Shown in pieces: positions 10,343 through 20,994 of a stretch of DNA of 64,000 nucleotides (its first letter is position 1; each line of letters begins with the position of its first letter). The DNA is taken from positions 16,802 to 80,801 of the forward strand of contig JAPPLD010000027.1 of assembly GCA_028819565.1 (NCBI GenBank), in the 5' to 3' direction. The translations under genes were made by a program, and so were the position numbers. Under the pieces are notes generated by a model. That model searched no databases and had not been told where the DNA came from. It saw only the letters and a list, made by a program, of their open reading frames with translations. Origin of the DNA: Gammaproteobacteria bacterium. Lineage in GTDB: Bacteria; Pseudomonadota; Gammaproteobacteria; Poriferisulfidales; Poriferisulfidaceae.

Positions 10343-12495
10343 CGGCCGCGCTCCCGTTCACGACGGAGGAATCCGATCAGCGCCGGCAAGATCAGCAGTA
10401 CCAGAACGCCCAACCCTGCCCAGAGCGGCCAGACCGTCGGCCGGTTCCAGTCCTGGAGAGCCGCCGCGCGCGATTCGGTGTCGATGCGCCGGTACTTGAG
10501 CGTGTTGTAGGACATGGTGGTCGGCTTGTTGTTGTGCACCCACTGGTGGGACAGGATGTAGCTGACCGGGTGGAGGCCCCAGGACCAGGGAGCGTCGCGG
10601 CGGAGAATCTCCATCATCCGGTCGATGATCTGCTGGCGCCGCTCCCCGTTCGGAATGTTCTTCATCTGCGAGAACAGCGCATCGTATTCGGGGTTTTTGT
10701 AGTTGGCGGAATTCGGTCCGTTGGTATCGACCTGGGCATTGGGGCCGTACAGCAGGAACAGGAAGTTCTCCGGATCCGGGTAATCCGCATGCCAGCCCCA
10801 CTGGAAGATCTGTCCGGTGCCTTTGCGCATCTTCGCCCGGAAACGGTTGTAGTCCGTGGCGCGAATGACCAGTTGGATGTCGAGCTTGGCGAACTGCTTG
10901 CGCAACCAGTTCAGCGATGCCTTGGCATCCGGCCCGGCGCCGACCGCCTCGAAATACAGCACCAGCGGCTTTCCCGTCTCCTGGTCGATTCCGTTCTGGT
11001 AGCCTGCCCGACGCATCAGCTCCCGTGCCTCTTCGATGTTGCGCCGGACCGCCTTGCCATCCTCCCAGCGGTAGACATAGGGGTTGATGCCCGCCTCGCC
11101 TTCCCGGACTCCAAAAATCTGCGGCGGCAGCGGCCCCTGAGCTGGAATCCCGCGCCCGTTGGTGAAGATCGAGATGTTCTCCTCGTAGTCCACCGCGATG
11201 GAAATCGCGCGCCGCAGCAGCCGGCTGCGCTCACCGTATCCGCCCACGACCGGATCCAGCATGTTGAAGCCCATGTAGAAAACGGTCAGGTCGACCGCCG
11301 TGCGCAGCACGATCCCCTTCTCCTCCATCGCGTCGGTCAGCCCCACTTCCCCCCCGCCGCCATACTCGATGGCCTGATCGAAACTGTCCGAGCCAATTCC
11401 GGACAGGTCGTAGTAGCCCTGAAGGAACTTGCTCCAGCGCGGGATACTCTCCTTCTCCAGGCTGAAGACCGCCCGGTCGATGAACGGCATGGTGCGTCCC
11501 CGGTCGTCCAGGAATCCCTGCCTTTCGTCCCCCGGCTCCCCCTCGTCCGGGTAGGGCTGACCTCGGAAGTTCGGATTGCGCTCCAGCACCATCCGCAGGT
11601 TCGGATTGTTCTCGGTCAGCATGTAGGGGCCGGTGCCGATCGCGTACCAGTGCAACGTCAGGTTGCGCTGCGCCATGCCCGGCTGCTCGTGAAACACGTC
11701 CGCCTCCCACGGCATCGGCGCGAAAAACGGCATGGCCAGCCAGTAGATGAATTGGGGGTAGGTTCCCTTCAGTCGGACCCGGTAGCGGTATCGCGACAGC
11801 GGCTCCACGCCGGACATCGACAGGCCGCGCAGATCCATCGGGACGCCCTCCGTGTTCTGGATATGCGCCTGGAATTCGGCGAAACCCTCGACGTATTCCG
11901 CGATGATGCCGGCAATGGGGCAATGCCGCCGCGGATCGGCCAGCCGCTTGATCTGGTACACGAAATCCTCCGCCACCAGTTCACGGCTCCCGGTCTGCGT
12001 GAAATCCGCGAGCGCGTTGACCGACTCGAGATCCGCTTCGGCCAGATCGTGATAGCGGTAGCTGCCGTCCTCGCGGCGCGCCAGCGCCGGGTGCGGCTGG
12101 TAGAGAATCCCGGGCTTGATATCGACCCGGTACTCGGTATACGCCGCTTCCTCCGCCGGAACCCCGGGTGGAAGCTCGTTGCCCTCCTCATCCAGGTATA
12201 GGACTTCCGGCATGCGGGCCGCGGACAGGGGCATCAACTCGTAGGGACGCTTCAGGTAGTGGTAGGCCAGCGGCGGCTCGTAGATCTGCTGGATGAAACT
12301 GTACGAAGTCGTGGTGTAGGACCGCGCGGGGTCCATGAATTGGGGCCGGTCGCTGAACGAGGCATACAGCACCGACCCGGATCCCAGGTTCTCCCCGCGA
12401 GGGTCGTTCCAGGAATCCCCGCAACCTGCCAGCAGGACAAGTGCGGCGACACTCCCCCATAGACGGGACGGGCCGCAGCGGCGGATGAAGCGCAC
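10339..12495 (-). CDS. yejA: extracellular solute-binding protein family 5 (YejA-like), lipoprotein
   Basis: Large SBP_bac_5-like ORF. Likely GTG start giving MRFIRRCGPSRLWGSVAALVLLAGC, with a lipobox. Confidence 0.75.
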   Translation of the reverse strand: MRFIRRCGPSRLWGSVAALVLLAGCGDSWNDPRGENLGSGSVLYASFSDRPQFMDPARSYTTTSYSFIQQIYEPPLAYHYLKRPYELMPLSAARMPEVLYLDEEGNELPPGVPAEEAAYTEYRVDIKPGILYQPHPALARREDGSYRYHDLAEADLESVNALADFTQTGSRELVAEDFVYQIKRLADPRRHCPIAGIIAEYVEGFAEFQAHIQNTEGVPMDLRGLSMSGVEPLSRYRYRVRLKGTYPQFIYWLAMPFFAPMPWEADVFHEQPGMAQRNLTLHWYAIGTGPYMLTENNPNLRMVLERNPNFRGQPYPDEGEPGDERQGFLDDRGRTMPFIDRAVFSLEKESIPRWSKFLQGYYDLSGIGSDSFDQAIEYGGGGEVGLTDAMEEKGIVLRTAVDLTVFYMGFNMLDPVVGGYGERSRLLRRAISIAVDYEENISIFTNGRGIPAQGPLPPQIFGVREGEAGINPYVYRWEDGKAVRRNIEEARELMRRAGYQNGIDQETGKPLVLYFEAVGAGPDAKASLNWLRKQFAKLDIQLVIRATDYNRFRAKMRKGTGQIFQWGWHADYPDPENFLFLLYGPNAQVDTNGPNSANYKNPEYDALFSQMKNIPNGERRQQIIDRMMEILRRDAPWSWGLHPVSYILSHQWVHNNKPTTMSYNTLKYRRIDTESRAAALQDWNRPTVWPLWAGLGVLVLLILPALIGFLRRERERGR

Positions 12496-12568
12496 GGGAG
12501 TCGGGTTCGTTATAAAATGGATTGAGTTCATTTTAATCTACCCGCCAATCCGGCCGCCACTTGAAACC

Positions 12569-13357
12569 ATGGGATTCCTCGACGGCAAGAAAGCCTTGAT
12601 CACCGGCGTCGCGAGCAACCGCTCCATCGCGTGGGGCATTGCCGAGTGCATGCACGAGCAGGGGGCGGAACTGGCTCTCACCTACCAGAACGAAAAACTC
12701 AAATCCCGGATCGACCAGCTCGCCGAAGCCTGCGGCGGCTCGCTGACCCTGCCCTGCGACGTGGCCGAAGAGTCCCAGGTGGAAGAAACGTTTGCACGTT
12801 TGGCTGAACACTGGTCCCAGCTCGACATCCTGGTGCACTGCATCGCTTACGCGCCACGCGAGGCATTGGACGGAGACTTCTGCGAGAACACGTCGCGCGA
12901 TGCCTTCGCCGTGGCTCACGACATCAGCAGCTACAGCCTGACTTCCCTGGCCCGGGCGGCACGCCCGATGATGCGCGAGCATCCGTCCGCCGTGCTGGCG
13001 CTGACCTACCTCGGCTCCATGCGCAGCATGCCGAACTACAACGTGATGGGCCTCGCCAAGGCCAGCCTTGAGGCGAACGTGCGTTATCTGGCCTATTCCC
13101 TGGGTCCGGAGCAGATCCGGGTCAACGGGATTTCCGCCGGACCGATCAGGACCCTGGCCGCAGCCGGCATCGGGAATTTCCGCATGATGCTGGACCACGT
13201 GGCGGAAAACGCGCCGCTGCGCCGCAACGTCACGCCGCGGGATGTCGGCCATGCGGCCGCCTTCCTGTGCTCGGACCTGGCTGGCGGCATTACCGGCGAG
13301 ATCACCTATGTCGACGCCGGCTACAGCACCATTGGCATGACCGGCTTCGACGAATAA
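12569..13357 (+). CDS. fabI: enoyl-[acyl-carrier-protein] reductase (NADH) FabI
   Basis: MGFLDGKKALITGVASNRSIAWGIA... SDR-type FabI hallmark. Confidence 0.9.
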   Translation: MGFLDGKKALITGVASNRSIAWGIAECMHEQGAELALTYQNEKLKSRIDQLAEACGGSLTLPCDVAEESQVEETFARLAEHWSQLDILVHCIAYAPREALDGDFCENTSRDAFAVAHDISSYSLTSLARAARPMMREHPSAVLALTYLGSMRSMPNYNVMGLAKASLEANVRYLAYSLGPEQIRVNGISAGPIRTLAAAGIGNFRMMLDHVAENAPLRRNVTPRDVGHAAAFLCSDLAGGITGEITYVDAGYSTIGMTGFDE

Positions 13358-13521
13358 AGTCACACGGTACGTAAAAGCGCAAGCGACAAGCCTTCGGCAG
13401 ACCACCAGGTCTGTTTCCAAAAATCCTGCAGGGCATCGATAGGCGGTGGATGTGGTGTATCCTGTTGCAGGTTCACCACCATCGGCCACCGAGACGGCTG
13501 GAATCAGAAAACCAGGGAAAC

Positions 13522-14604
13522 ATGCACCGGGCTTCGTCACTCCTGCTGTTGACATTGATTGCGACGGGGATTTCGGGTTGCGACCCGAAGCCCACGCTGG
13601 AGATGTTTCGGTCCGGCGACCAGCCGTGTTACGACCGGTCCGTCCAAGCCCAAACTGCCGTGGTGGACAGCCACATCCACTTCCGCCCGTTTGGCGGTCC
13701 TCCGATCCCGTTCGAGGAAGTGATTTCGTATCTCGAGGAGACCGGAGTCCTGTTCGCCAATGTCTATGGCATTGGCCAGATGTTGCCCGTGACGTCCTCC
13801 TGCACCTATTACCTAGACTGTCCTGGCACGCCGGTGACGCCAACGCTGAAGAACGACTTCATCAATGCCGCCAGTGCGCTCATGTTTGCGTCCTCTGAGG
13901 TCCATCTGACGCTCTCGATGAGTTTCCCGGATCTGTTGAATCCGGAAACAATTCCTCCAGAGATGCAACTGCTGGAGGAAGAATACCCCGGCGTATTCAC
14001 CTGGATGGGCGAGGTCAACCTGGTGAAACAGGCTTTGTTTGCCAATGGACGGAAACCGGTTCCCATGGCCACGCTAGCCGAATGGGCCGCCTTCATGGCG
14101 ATCCTGCGGGAACGGGACATCCCGCTCGCGCTTCACGCCGACCTGGGCAACGACGAGGAACCGACCAAATACCTGCCCCTGCTGGAGGAAGTGCTGCGCC
14201 TGTATCCAGACAACGTGATCATCTGGATGCACATGGGGCTGTCGCGGGAACTGGTAAGGATGGATGTTGCCCAGCATATCCAAATCATGAGTTCTCTGCT
14301 AGACCGCTACCCGAAACTGATGATGGACATTTCTTGGCGAGTGATCGACGATGCCTACTTTTCCGTCCCGGAGCACCGGGTGCGTTATGTGTCATTTCTG
14401 AATGACTACTCGGAGCGCATTCTCCCGGGAACGGACTTCCTGGCCTCGGGGGACAAGGACTTCGATGTCTATCGTACGGAGTTGCAGGTCACCAGCAGAA
14501 TTCTTCATAGCCTGAACGACGTGGCCTTCCGAAACATCGCCCTGGGGCAGAATTATTTCCGACTGCTGAATCTGGACTACACCGCACCGCCGGTGTGCCA
14601 ATGA
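13522..14604 (+). CDS. putative amidohydrolase-family (TIM-barrel metal-dependent hydrolase) lipoprotein
   Basis: Signal peptide with lipobox (LIATGISGC). VDSHIHF metal-ligand-like motif. Assignment is weak. Confidence 0.4.
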   Translation: MHRASSLLLLTLIATGISGCDPKPTLEMFRSGDQPCYDRSVQAQTAVVDSHIHFRPFGGPPIPFEEVISYLEETGVLFANVYGIGQMLPVTSSCTYYLDCPGTPVTPTLKNDFINAASALMFASSEVHLTLSMSFPDLLNPETIPPEMQLLEEEYPGVFTWMGEVNLVKQALFANGRKPVPMATLAEWAAFMAILRERDIPLALHADLGNDEEPTKYLPLLEEVLRLYPDNVIIWMHMGLSRELVRMDVAQHIQIMSSLLDRYPKLMMDISWRVIDDAYFSVPEHRVRYVSFLNDYSERILPGTDFLASGDKDFDVYRTELQVTSRILHSLNDVAFRNIALGQNYFRLLNLDYTAPPVCQ

Positions 14605-14611
14605 GACTTTA

Positions 14612-15871
14612 TTAAGCTCGGACCGCCGTCTCCTCTCCTTCGCTGCGGGCGATCACCACCGCGCCACTCGAGTCGCCGAACACGTTGACGCTGGTGCGGC
14701 ACATGTCCAGCAACCGGTCGACAGCCAGGATCAGGCCAACCGCTTCCGCGGGCAGGCCCACCACTCCCAAGATCAGCACGATCGCGACCAGGCTCGCGGC
14801 CGGAATCCCGGCGACGCCAATGGAAGTGAGAAGCGCCAAGATCACCACCGTCGCCTGTTGCGCGGCACTCAGGTCAAGGCCGTAAGCCTGCGCCAGGAAT
14901 AGCACCGCCACGCATTCGTACAGGGCAGTGCCGTCCATGTTGACGGTAGCCCCGAGCGGCAGCACGAAACTGCCTACGCGATTGGAAACGCCCGCCCGGC
15001 TCCTGACACAGTCCAGCGTCACAGGCAGCGTCGCCGAGGACGAACTGGTGGAGAATGCGGTCAGTAGAGCAGCCAACATGGCACGAAAATGCCGCAGCGG
15101 CGAGATCCCGAATGCGCGCATGAGAAGCGGCAGGATCACGAACATGTGTAGCGCCAAGGCGCCCAGCACGGTAAAGAAGAAAGAAGCCAGCGGGATGAAC
15201 ACCTCGAGCCCCGAGGTGATGACCACCTTGCCCACCAAGGCGAACACCCCGATAGGGGCGAACAGCATGATCAGGTTGGTGATCTTCATCATCACTTCCT
15301 GCACGCCCTGCCAGAACGTATGCAGGGTGTCGCGCCCGCCCTTGAACACGCGCTCCATGAAGTAGCCAAACAGAAGGCTGAAGAAGATCAGGCCGAGCAT
15401 CTGCCCTTCCGCCGCAGCCGCCACGATGTTGGTAGGGATCATGCGCAGGAACACGCCGATTACGTCGGCGCCGCTGCGTCCGGCCACCTTCTCGGTGATC
15501 TGTCCCGTATCCTCGTGCAGGCCCAGCATCTCTTTCGCCGGAATCCCGTCGCCGGTCAGACCCGGCTGAATCAGATTGACCAGGAACAGCCCCGCGACGA
15601 TCGCCAGCGTGCTGGTCGTCAGATAGTACAAAAGCGTCTTGCCGCCCAACGCGCCCAGCTTGTCGGCTCCGAGGTTGCCGATCCCGATGATGATCGATGC
15701 GACGATCAGCGGCACGATGATCATCTTCAATGCGTTCAGGAACATCTTCCCGACGAAATCCAGCACGGGAACGACCGCGCTGCCCACCGCGCCGTCCGCA
15801 TCCAACAAAAGCCCAGCCAAAACGGCCAAAGCAAGCGCAATCAGGATTTGCCAATGTACTGCCAGACGCAT
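14612..15871 (-). CDS. dicarboxylate/amino acid:cation symporter (DAACS family, GltP/DctA-like)
   Basis: 419-aa polytopic protein with characteristic DAACS segments ([17 protein letters not shown]..., NMDGTALYE). Confidence 0.85.
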   Translation of the reverse strand: MRLAVHWQILIALALAVLAGLLLDADGAVGSAVVPVLDFVGKMFLNALKMIIVPLIVASIIIGIGNLGADKLGALGGKTLLYYLTTSTLAIVAGLFLVNLIQPGLTGDGIPAKEMLGLHEDTGQITEKVAGRSGADVIGVFLRMIPTNIVAAAAEGQMLGLIFFSLLFGYFMERVFKGGRDTLHTFWQGVQEVMMKITNLIMLFAPIGVFALVGKVVITSGLEVFIPLASFFFTVLGALALHMFVILPLLMRAFGISPLRHFRAMLAALLTAFSTSSSSATLPVTLDCVRSRAGVSNRVGSFVLPLGATVNMDGTALYECVAVLFLAQAYGLDLSAAQQATVVILALLTSIGVAGIPAASLVAIVLILGVVGLPAEAVGLILAVDRLLDMCRTSVNVFGDSSGAVVIARSEGEETAVRA

Positions 15872-15910
15872 GGTGGGACCTCTCGTTCTAATGACTGTGA
15901 AGGCGGAGAC

Positions 15911-17773
15911 TTACTCCAGCCGGTCGGGATAGCGGGTGACTTCCGCCTGCGCGAGGAGTGCGGCCCGGAAGGCCTCCGCCTCGTCAAATCGCATCTTCGC
16001 GCGAAGATTCTCGCGATCCTCTTCTCGTATCTCCGCCGGGGGCGCCTCGTGCACGGCGTCTACGGCAACCAGTGCCACGCCGTCGTACAGGATCGCTACG
16101 CCGACAGACGGAGAACCCTCCGGCTGGGACAGGGAAAAGGCTTTCTCCCCGACCTGCCGCGGGACCTCCTCGGCATCCCGAGTCAACCCGGCACGCGTGA
16201 TCAGTTTGGCCCCATCGCTCTCGGCCAGGGCTTCGATATCGGGCTCCTCCCGTAACCGTTCCGTGAGTTCAGATGCATGCGCGAGAAGCGCGGTCCAGGC
16301 CGCCTGCCGCGCCAGATCGTTGCGGATCCGATCCGCCACCGCCTCAAGCGGGAGCGTCCGGGCTTCCTCGTATTCGTCGACCCGCACCACGATCGACCAG
16401 TCGACCTCCAGGTCGATCCGGTCGCTGTTCATCCCACCACGCAAGACTTCGTCGCTGCGCAAGGCCGTGAGAACCGCCTCTTGGGTCAACACTCCCGCCG
16501 GCAAAGCCGTCAGGGGGACCAGGTCGGTGTTCTGGATTTCCATTCCCAATTGTTCCGCAGCCGCTGCGAGGCTTTCCGGGTTCTCGTAGGTCAACAGGCC
16601 GAGTTCCTCCGCGGCGGCCGCATAGCGACCCTCCAGGTCGGCACGCCGGGCCTGTTCGACGACCTGGTCGAGTACTTCCTCAAGAGGCTGGAGCCGTGCC
16701 GGTTCCAGTTCCTGCACGTCCAGCAGGTAAACCCCCCGCTCCGTCTTGATCGGCTCACTCACTTTGCCGGGTTCCAGGGTGAACACCAGAGCCGCCAGAT
16801 CCTCCGGGAGATCCTCTTCCGCCACCCAGCCGATTTGCCCGCCCCGTGAGCGACTCAGTTCGTCCTGGGAGTGTTCCTGGGCCAACTCGGCGAAATCCTC
16901 TCCCTCCTGGAGGCGTTTGTAAAGCGCCTGTGCCTGTTCGTCCGATTCGGATCCCTCCAGGAAGATCTGCCGCAATTTGCGCAATTCCGGCGCCATGAAG
17001 TCCAGAGCGCGGGCTTCGTAATACTCCGCAACCGCCTCCTCACTCAACGGCGTCCCGTCTTCCATGCTGTCGAGGCGCAGTTCCAAGTACGACACCTTGA
17101 CGCGCTCCGGAGCCATGTAGCGGTCCTGCGACTCTTCGTAGTCTGCCTTGATTTCCTCCTCGGTCACCGCTTCCAGGTCGAAGAAGCGGTCTCCCTTGAC
17201 TTCGAAGTACCGGATGTCCCGGGTTTGATCCTTCAAGGCCTGGTATTCCCGCACTTCGGCATCCGTCGCCAGTGCCGAGTCCGTCAACATCTGCGCGATG
17301 ATCTGCGTGCGCATCTGTTCGCGCTGATCTGCCTCGAAACGGGCCGGCGTGATCCGGTTGACTTCCAGGATCTTCTGGTAGCGCTCCTCGTCGAAACGGC
17401 CGTCGACCCGGAACAGATCCATGGCCTGAATGCTTTGCGCCAGCTTCGCATCGGTGACGTCGAGCCGCTCACCGTCGAGATACTGGAACAGGAGCACCCG
17501 GTCGACCAACCCGTCCAGCACTCGCAGCTTCAGGCCGCGCTCCCACTGTTCGGAGTCCATTCCGGACGGGGGAGGATTATCGGAACGGGTGCGCTGGTAG
17601 ACCTCGTTGTAACGTTCGACGGGAACGGGATGGCCGTTGACTTCCGCCACGTCAGCACCGCCGCCAAAGCCCAGGTATTCGCTGATGCCCCAGAGCGCGA
17701 ACGGGATGCTGATGATCAGAACGATGAAGTAAGCCACCCATCCGGTGGCTCGCTCTCGAATCACATGCAACAT
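15911..17773 (-). CDS. ppiD: periplasmic chaperone PpiD (SurA-domain peptidyl-prolyl isomerase)
   Basis: N-terminal TM anchor then long periplasmic SurA-like region. Conserved position next to hupB-lon. Confidence 0.8.
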   Translation of the reverse strand: MLHVIRERATGWVAYFIVLIISIPFALWGISEYLGFGGGADVAEVNGHPVPVERYNEVYQRTRSDNPPPSGMDSEQWERGLKLRVLDGLVDRVLLFQYLDGERLDVTDAKLAQSIQAMDLFRVDGRFDEERYQKILEVNRITPARFEADQREQMRTQIIAQMLTDSALATDAEVREYQALKDQTRDIRYFEVKGDRFFDLEAVTEEEIKADYEESQDRYMAPERVKVSYLELRLDSMEDGTPLSEEAVAEYYEARALDFMAPELRKLRQIFLEGSESDEQAQALYKRLQEGEDFAELAQEHSQDELSRSRGGQIGWVAEEDLPEDLAALVFTLEPGKVSEPIKTERGVYLLDVQELEPARLQPLEEVLDQVVEQARRADLEGRYAAAAEELGLLTYENPESLAAAAEQLGMEIQNTDLVPLTALPAGVLTQEAVLTALRSDEVLRGGMNSDRIDLEVDWSIVVRVDEYEEARTLPLEAVADRIRNDLARQAAWTALLAHASELTERLREEPDIEALAESDGAKLITRAGLTRDAEEVPRQVGEKAFSLSQPEGSPSVGVAILYDGVALVAVDAVHEAPPAEIREEDRENLRAKMRFDEAEAFRAALLAQAEVTRYPDRLE

Positions 17774-17830
17774 TTTTTAGCGGATCAGGCTGGATCTGAG
17801 AGGAGTGGAAGGAATGTGAGTCCCGGCGAC

Positions 17831-17907
17831 TGGCGGAGTGGACGGGACTCGAACCCGCGACCACCGGCGTGACAGGCCGGTATTCTAACCAACTGAACTA
17901 CCACTCC
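17831..17907 (-). tRNA. tRNA-Asp (GTC)
   Basis: The reverse complement gives a cloverleaf nearly identical to E. coli tRNA-Asp. Anticodon loop CUGUCAC. CCA encoded. Confidence 0.85.
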
Positions 17908-17936
17908 ACCTCAGAAAACAGACAAAGCCACCGGCA

Positions 17937-18013
17937 TGGTGGGTGCTGAGGGACTTGAACCCCCGACATCCGCCTTGTAAGGGCGACGCTCTACCAACTG
18001 AGCTAAGCACCCT
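17937..18013 (-). tRNA. tRNA-Val (TAC)
   Basis: The reverse complement begins GGGTGCTTAGCTCAGTTGGTAGAGC. Anticodon loop CUUACAA. CCA encoded. Confidence 0.85.
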
Positions 18014-18024
18014 TGGGGCCAGTA

Positions 18025-18297
18025 TTAATTCAGCGCGTCTTTCAGGGCCTTGCCCGCCTTAAAAGAAGGGCTGTTGGATGCCTTAATTTGTATGGACTCT
18101 CCCGTTGCCGGATTCCGACCCATTCGGGCGGAACGATGCTTGGCCTGAAAGGTCCCGAATCCGGGGATGCTGACCTTATCGCCTGCACGCAATGCAGACT
18201 TGATGGCGTTCGTCATGGAATCCAGCGCCTTAATCGCCGAAGATTTGGTGATGCCAGCGTCCTCGGCCATTGCCGAGGCGAGATCGTTTTTATTCAT
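18025..18297 (-). CDS. hupB: DNA-binding protein HU-beta
   Basis: 90 aa, MNKNDL...GFGTFQAKHRSARMGRNPATGE canonical HU arm. Confidence 0.95.
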   Translation of the reverse strand: MNKNDLASAMAEDAGITKSSAIKALDSMTNAIKSALRAGDKVSIPGFGTFQAKHRSARMGRNPATGESIQIKASNSPSFKAGKALKDALN

Positions 18298-18416
18298 TAT
18301 GTTTTTCTCCGAATGTCAGTGAGAACTATGGGCAGGTAAGGTACGCCATTATACATATTTACCGCCTATCCTTCCGGGCGGAATGCAGGGGAACGGGGCT
18401 CGGGAAAACCGAGCGG

Positions 18417-20864
18417 TCAGTGATGGATTGCCGGGTCCAGCTGAGCCTCTTTCTCCGGCAACGGCTTCTCGCCCGCCGGCTGGCCTTCTCCTTCCAATTC
18501 CGGCTGCGGCATCCATTCCAGAGCCAGCTCCATGGTTTCGTCGATCCACTGGCAGGGAACGATCTCCAAGGCCTGCCGGATGTTGCGCGGCAATTCCACC
18601 AGGTCCTTCTCGTTCTCCTTCGGGATGACGACTGTCTGAATGCCCCCGCGCATGGCCGCCAGTAATTTTTCCTTCAGCCCGCCGATCGGGAGGATCTCGC
18701 CGCGCAGCGTGATCTCTCCAGTCATCGCCACTTCGGCCTTGACCGGAATCCCGGTCAGCGCGGACACGATTGCCACCGTCATGGTGACACCGGCACTCGG
18801 ACCGTCCTTCGGGGTCGCTCCTTCCGGGACATGCACGTGGATGTCCTTCTTCTCATGGAAATCCTGCTGGATGCCCAGCGTCTTGGCCCGACTGCGCACG
18901 ACCGTCTGTGCCGCCTTGATCGACTCCTGCATGATGTCGCCGAGCTGCCCGGTGTAAATCAGTTTCCCCGAGCCGGTGACGATCGCGGCCTCCACCCGCA
19001 GCAACTCGCCGCCGACCTCGGTCCAGGCCAGGCCGTTGACCTGACCGACCTGGTTATTCTCGTCGGCCAGCCCATACCGGAAGCGATGGACGCCAAGCAA
19101 CTTCCGCAACTGTGCCGCGGTGATCCGAATCTGTTCCTTGCGCGGCTTGAGCAGCAACTGCTTGACCGTCTTGCGGCAGATCTTGGACAGTTCCCGCTCC
19201 AGGTTCCGGACGCCCGCCTCGCGCGTGTAGTAGCGGATCACGTTCTGGATCGCGCGGTCTGGAATCAGCAACTCCGACTTCTTCAGCCCGTTGTTCTTCA
19301 ACTGCTTCGGAATCAGGTAACGCCGGGCGATGTTCATCTTCTCGTCCTCGGTGTAGCCGGAGATCCGGATGACCTCCACCCGGTCCAGCAGGGCCGGGGG
19401 AATCTTCAGCGTGTTGGCCGTACAGACGAACATCACGTCCGACAGGTCGAAGTCCACTTCCAGGTAGTGGTCGTTGAACATATGGTTCTGTTCAGGGTCC
19501 AGCACCTCCAGCAGCGCCGATGCCGGGTCGCCGCGGAAATCCATCGCCATCTTGTCGATCTCGTCGAGCAGGAACAGCGGGTTGCGCACCCCAACCCGGG
19601 ACATGTTCTGGATAATCTTGCCGGGCAGGGAACCGATGTAAGTGCGTCGGTGCCCCCGGATCTCGGCCTCGTCGCGCACCCCGCCGAGGGACATGCGGGT
19701 GAACTCGCGCCCGGTAGCGCGGGCGATCGATTGCCCGAGGCTGGTCTTGCCGACTCCCGGCGGACCCACCAGGCACAGGATCGGGCCCTTGATCTTCTTC
19801 ACGCGGTTCTGTACCGCCAGGTATTCCAGGATGCGCTCCTTGACCTTTTCCAGGCCGTAATGATCCTTCTCCAGCACCCGCTCAGCCTTCTTCAGGTCGC
19901 GGCATACCCGGGAACGTTTCTTCCAAGGCACGTTGACCAGCCAGTCGATGTAGTTGCGAACCACCGTCGCCTCCGCCGACATCGGCGACATCATCCGCAA
20001 CTTGCCGAGTTCGTGCGTGGCCTTCTTCTTGGCCTCCGCCGACATGCCCGCCTTCTCGATCTTCTCGGCCAGCTCGTCGGTCTCGCTCGCGCCCTCGTCA
20101 TTATCCGAAAGCTCCTGCTGGATCGCCTTCATCTGCTCGTTCAGGTAATACTCGCGCTGGCTTTTCTCCATCTGCTGCTTGACCCGCCCGCGAATCTGCT
20201 TCTCCAGGCTCAGGATGTCCAGTTCCGACTCGATCAGCTTGAGCAGGGCCTCGATGCGCTCCCGAACCGACAGGATTTCCAGGATTTTCTGTTTCTCGTC
20301 CAGTTTCAGGGTCATGTGCGCCGAAATCGTATCGGTCAGCCGCGAGGCATTGTCGATGCCGGACAGGGACGCCAAAGCTTCCGGCGGGATCTTCTTGTTG
20401 ACCTTGACGTACTGTTCGAAACCCTTGTGCAGGGAACGCACCAGCCCCTCGATCTCGGCCGACTCTGCTCCCTGGGTTTCGGCCAGCATGGAAACCTGTG
20501 CGCTGAAATAGTCGTCCATGCGCTCGTAGTGGTCCACGCGCGCCCGATCCGCACCCTCCACCAGCACCTTGACCGTCCCGTCCGGGAGTTCCAGCAACTG
20601 CAGGATGGAACTGATCGTGCCAACCGAATAGATGTGATCCGGGTCCGGGTCGTCGGTTTCGGCCTGTTTCTGGGTCAGCAGCAGGATCTGCTTGCTGGCT
20701 GCCATCGCCGCCTCCACCGCCCGGATGGATTTTCGGCGGCCCACGAACAGCGGGATCACCATACCCGGGTACACCACTACGTCGCGCAGCGGCAATACCG
20801 GCAACAACAAGCCTTCGTTGGACGGCTCGAGTTCTGCTTCCTCTGGCATGGGTTTTTTGCTCAT
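18417..20864 (-). CDS. lon: ATP-dependent Lon protease
   Basis: LPLRDVVVYPGMVIPLFVGR N-domain, AAA+ GPPGVGKTS, and the protease Ser site PKDGPSAG. Confidence 0.95.
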   Translation of the reverse strand: MSKKPMPEEAELEPSNEGLLLPVLPLRDVVVYPGMVIPLFVGRRKSIRAVEAAMAASKQILLLTQKQAETDDPDPDHIYSVGTISSILQLLELPDGTVKVLVEGADRARVDHYERMDDYFSAQVSMLAETQGAESAEIEGLVRSLHKGFEQYVKVNKKIPPEALASLSGIDNASRLTDTISAHMTLKLDEKQKILEILSVRERIEALLKLIESELDILSLEKQIRGRVKQQMEKSQREYYLNEQMKAIQQELSDNDEGASETDELAEKIEKAGMSAEAKKKATHELGKLRMMSPMSAEATVVRNYIDWLVNVPWKKRSRVCRDLKKAERVLEKDHYGLEKVKERILEYLAVQNRVKKIKGPILCLVGPPGVGKTSLGQSIARATGREFTRMSLGGVRDEAEIRGHRRTYIGSLPGKIIQNMSRVGVRNPLFLLDEIDKMAMDFRGDPASALLEVLDPEQNHMFNDHYLEVDFDLSDVMFVCTANTLKIPPALLDRVEVIRISGYTEDEKMNIARRYLIPKQLKNNGLKKSELLIPDRAIQNVIRYYTREAGVRNLERELSKICRKTVKQLLLKPRKEQIRITAAQLRKLLGVHRFRYGLADENNQVGQVNGLAWTEVGGELLRVEAAIVTGSGKLIYTGQLGDIMQESIKAAQTVVRSRAKTLGIQQDFHEKKDIHVHVPEGATPKDGPSAGVTMTVAIVSALTGIPVKAEVAMTGEITLRGEILPIGGLKEKLLAAMRGGIQTVVIPKENEKDLVELPRNIRQALEIVPCQWIDETMELALEWMPQPELEGEGQPAGEKPLPEKEAQLDPAIHH

Positions 20865-20994
20865 GGGACTCCTATTTGAATGCACCGGTTTTGACCGGCC
20901 CTACTAGCATCATAAGGGCGAAAAGCCCGATTTTCAACTTCCGCCCGCGCGAAACGGCCGAAATCACGGCTCGGTTCCGGTTCTGGCAAAGCCT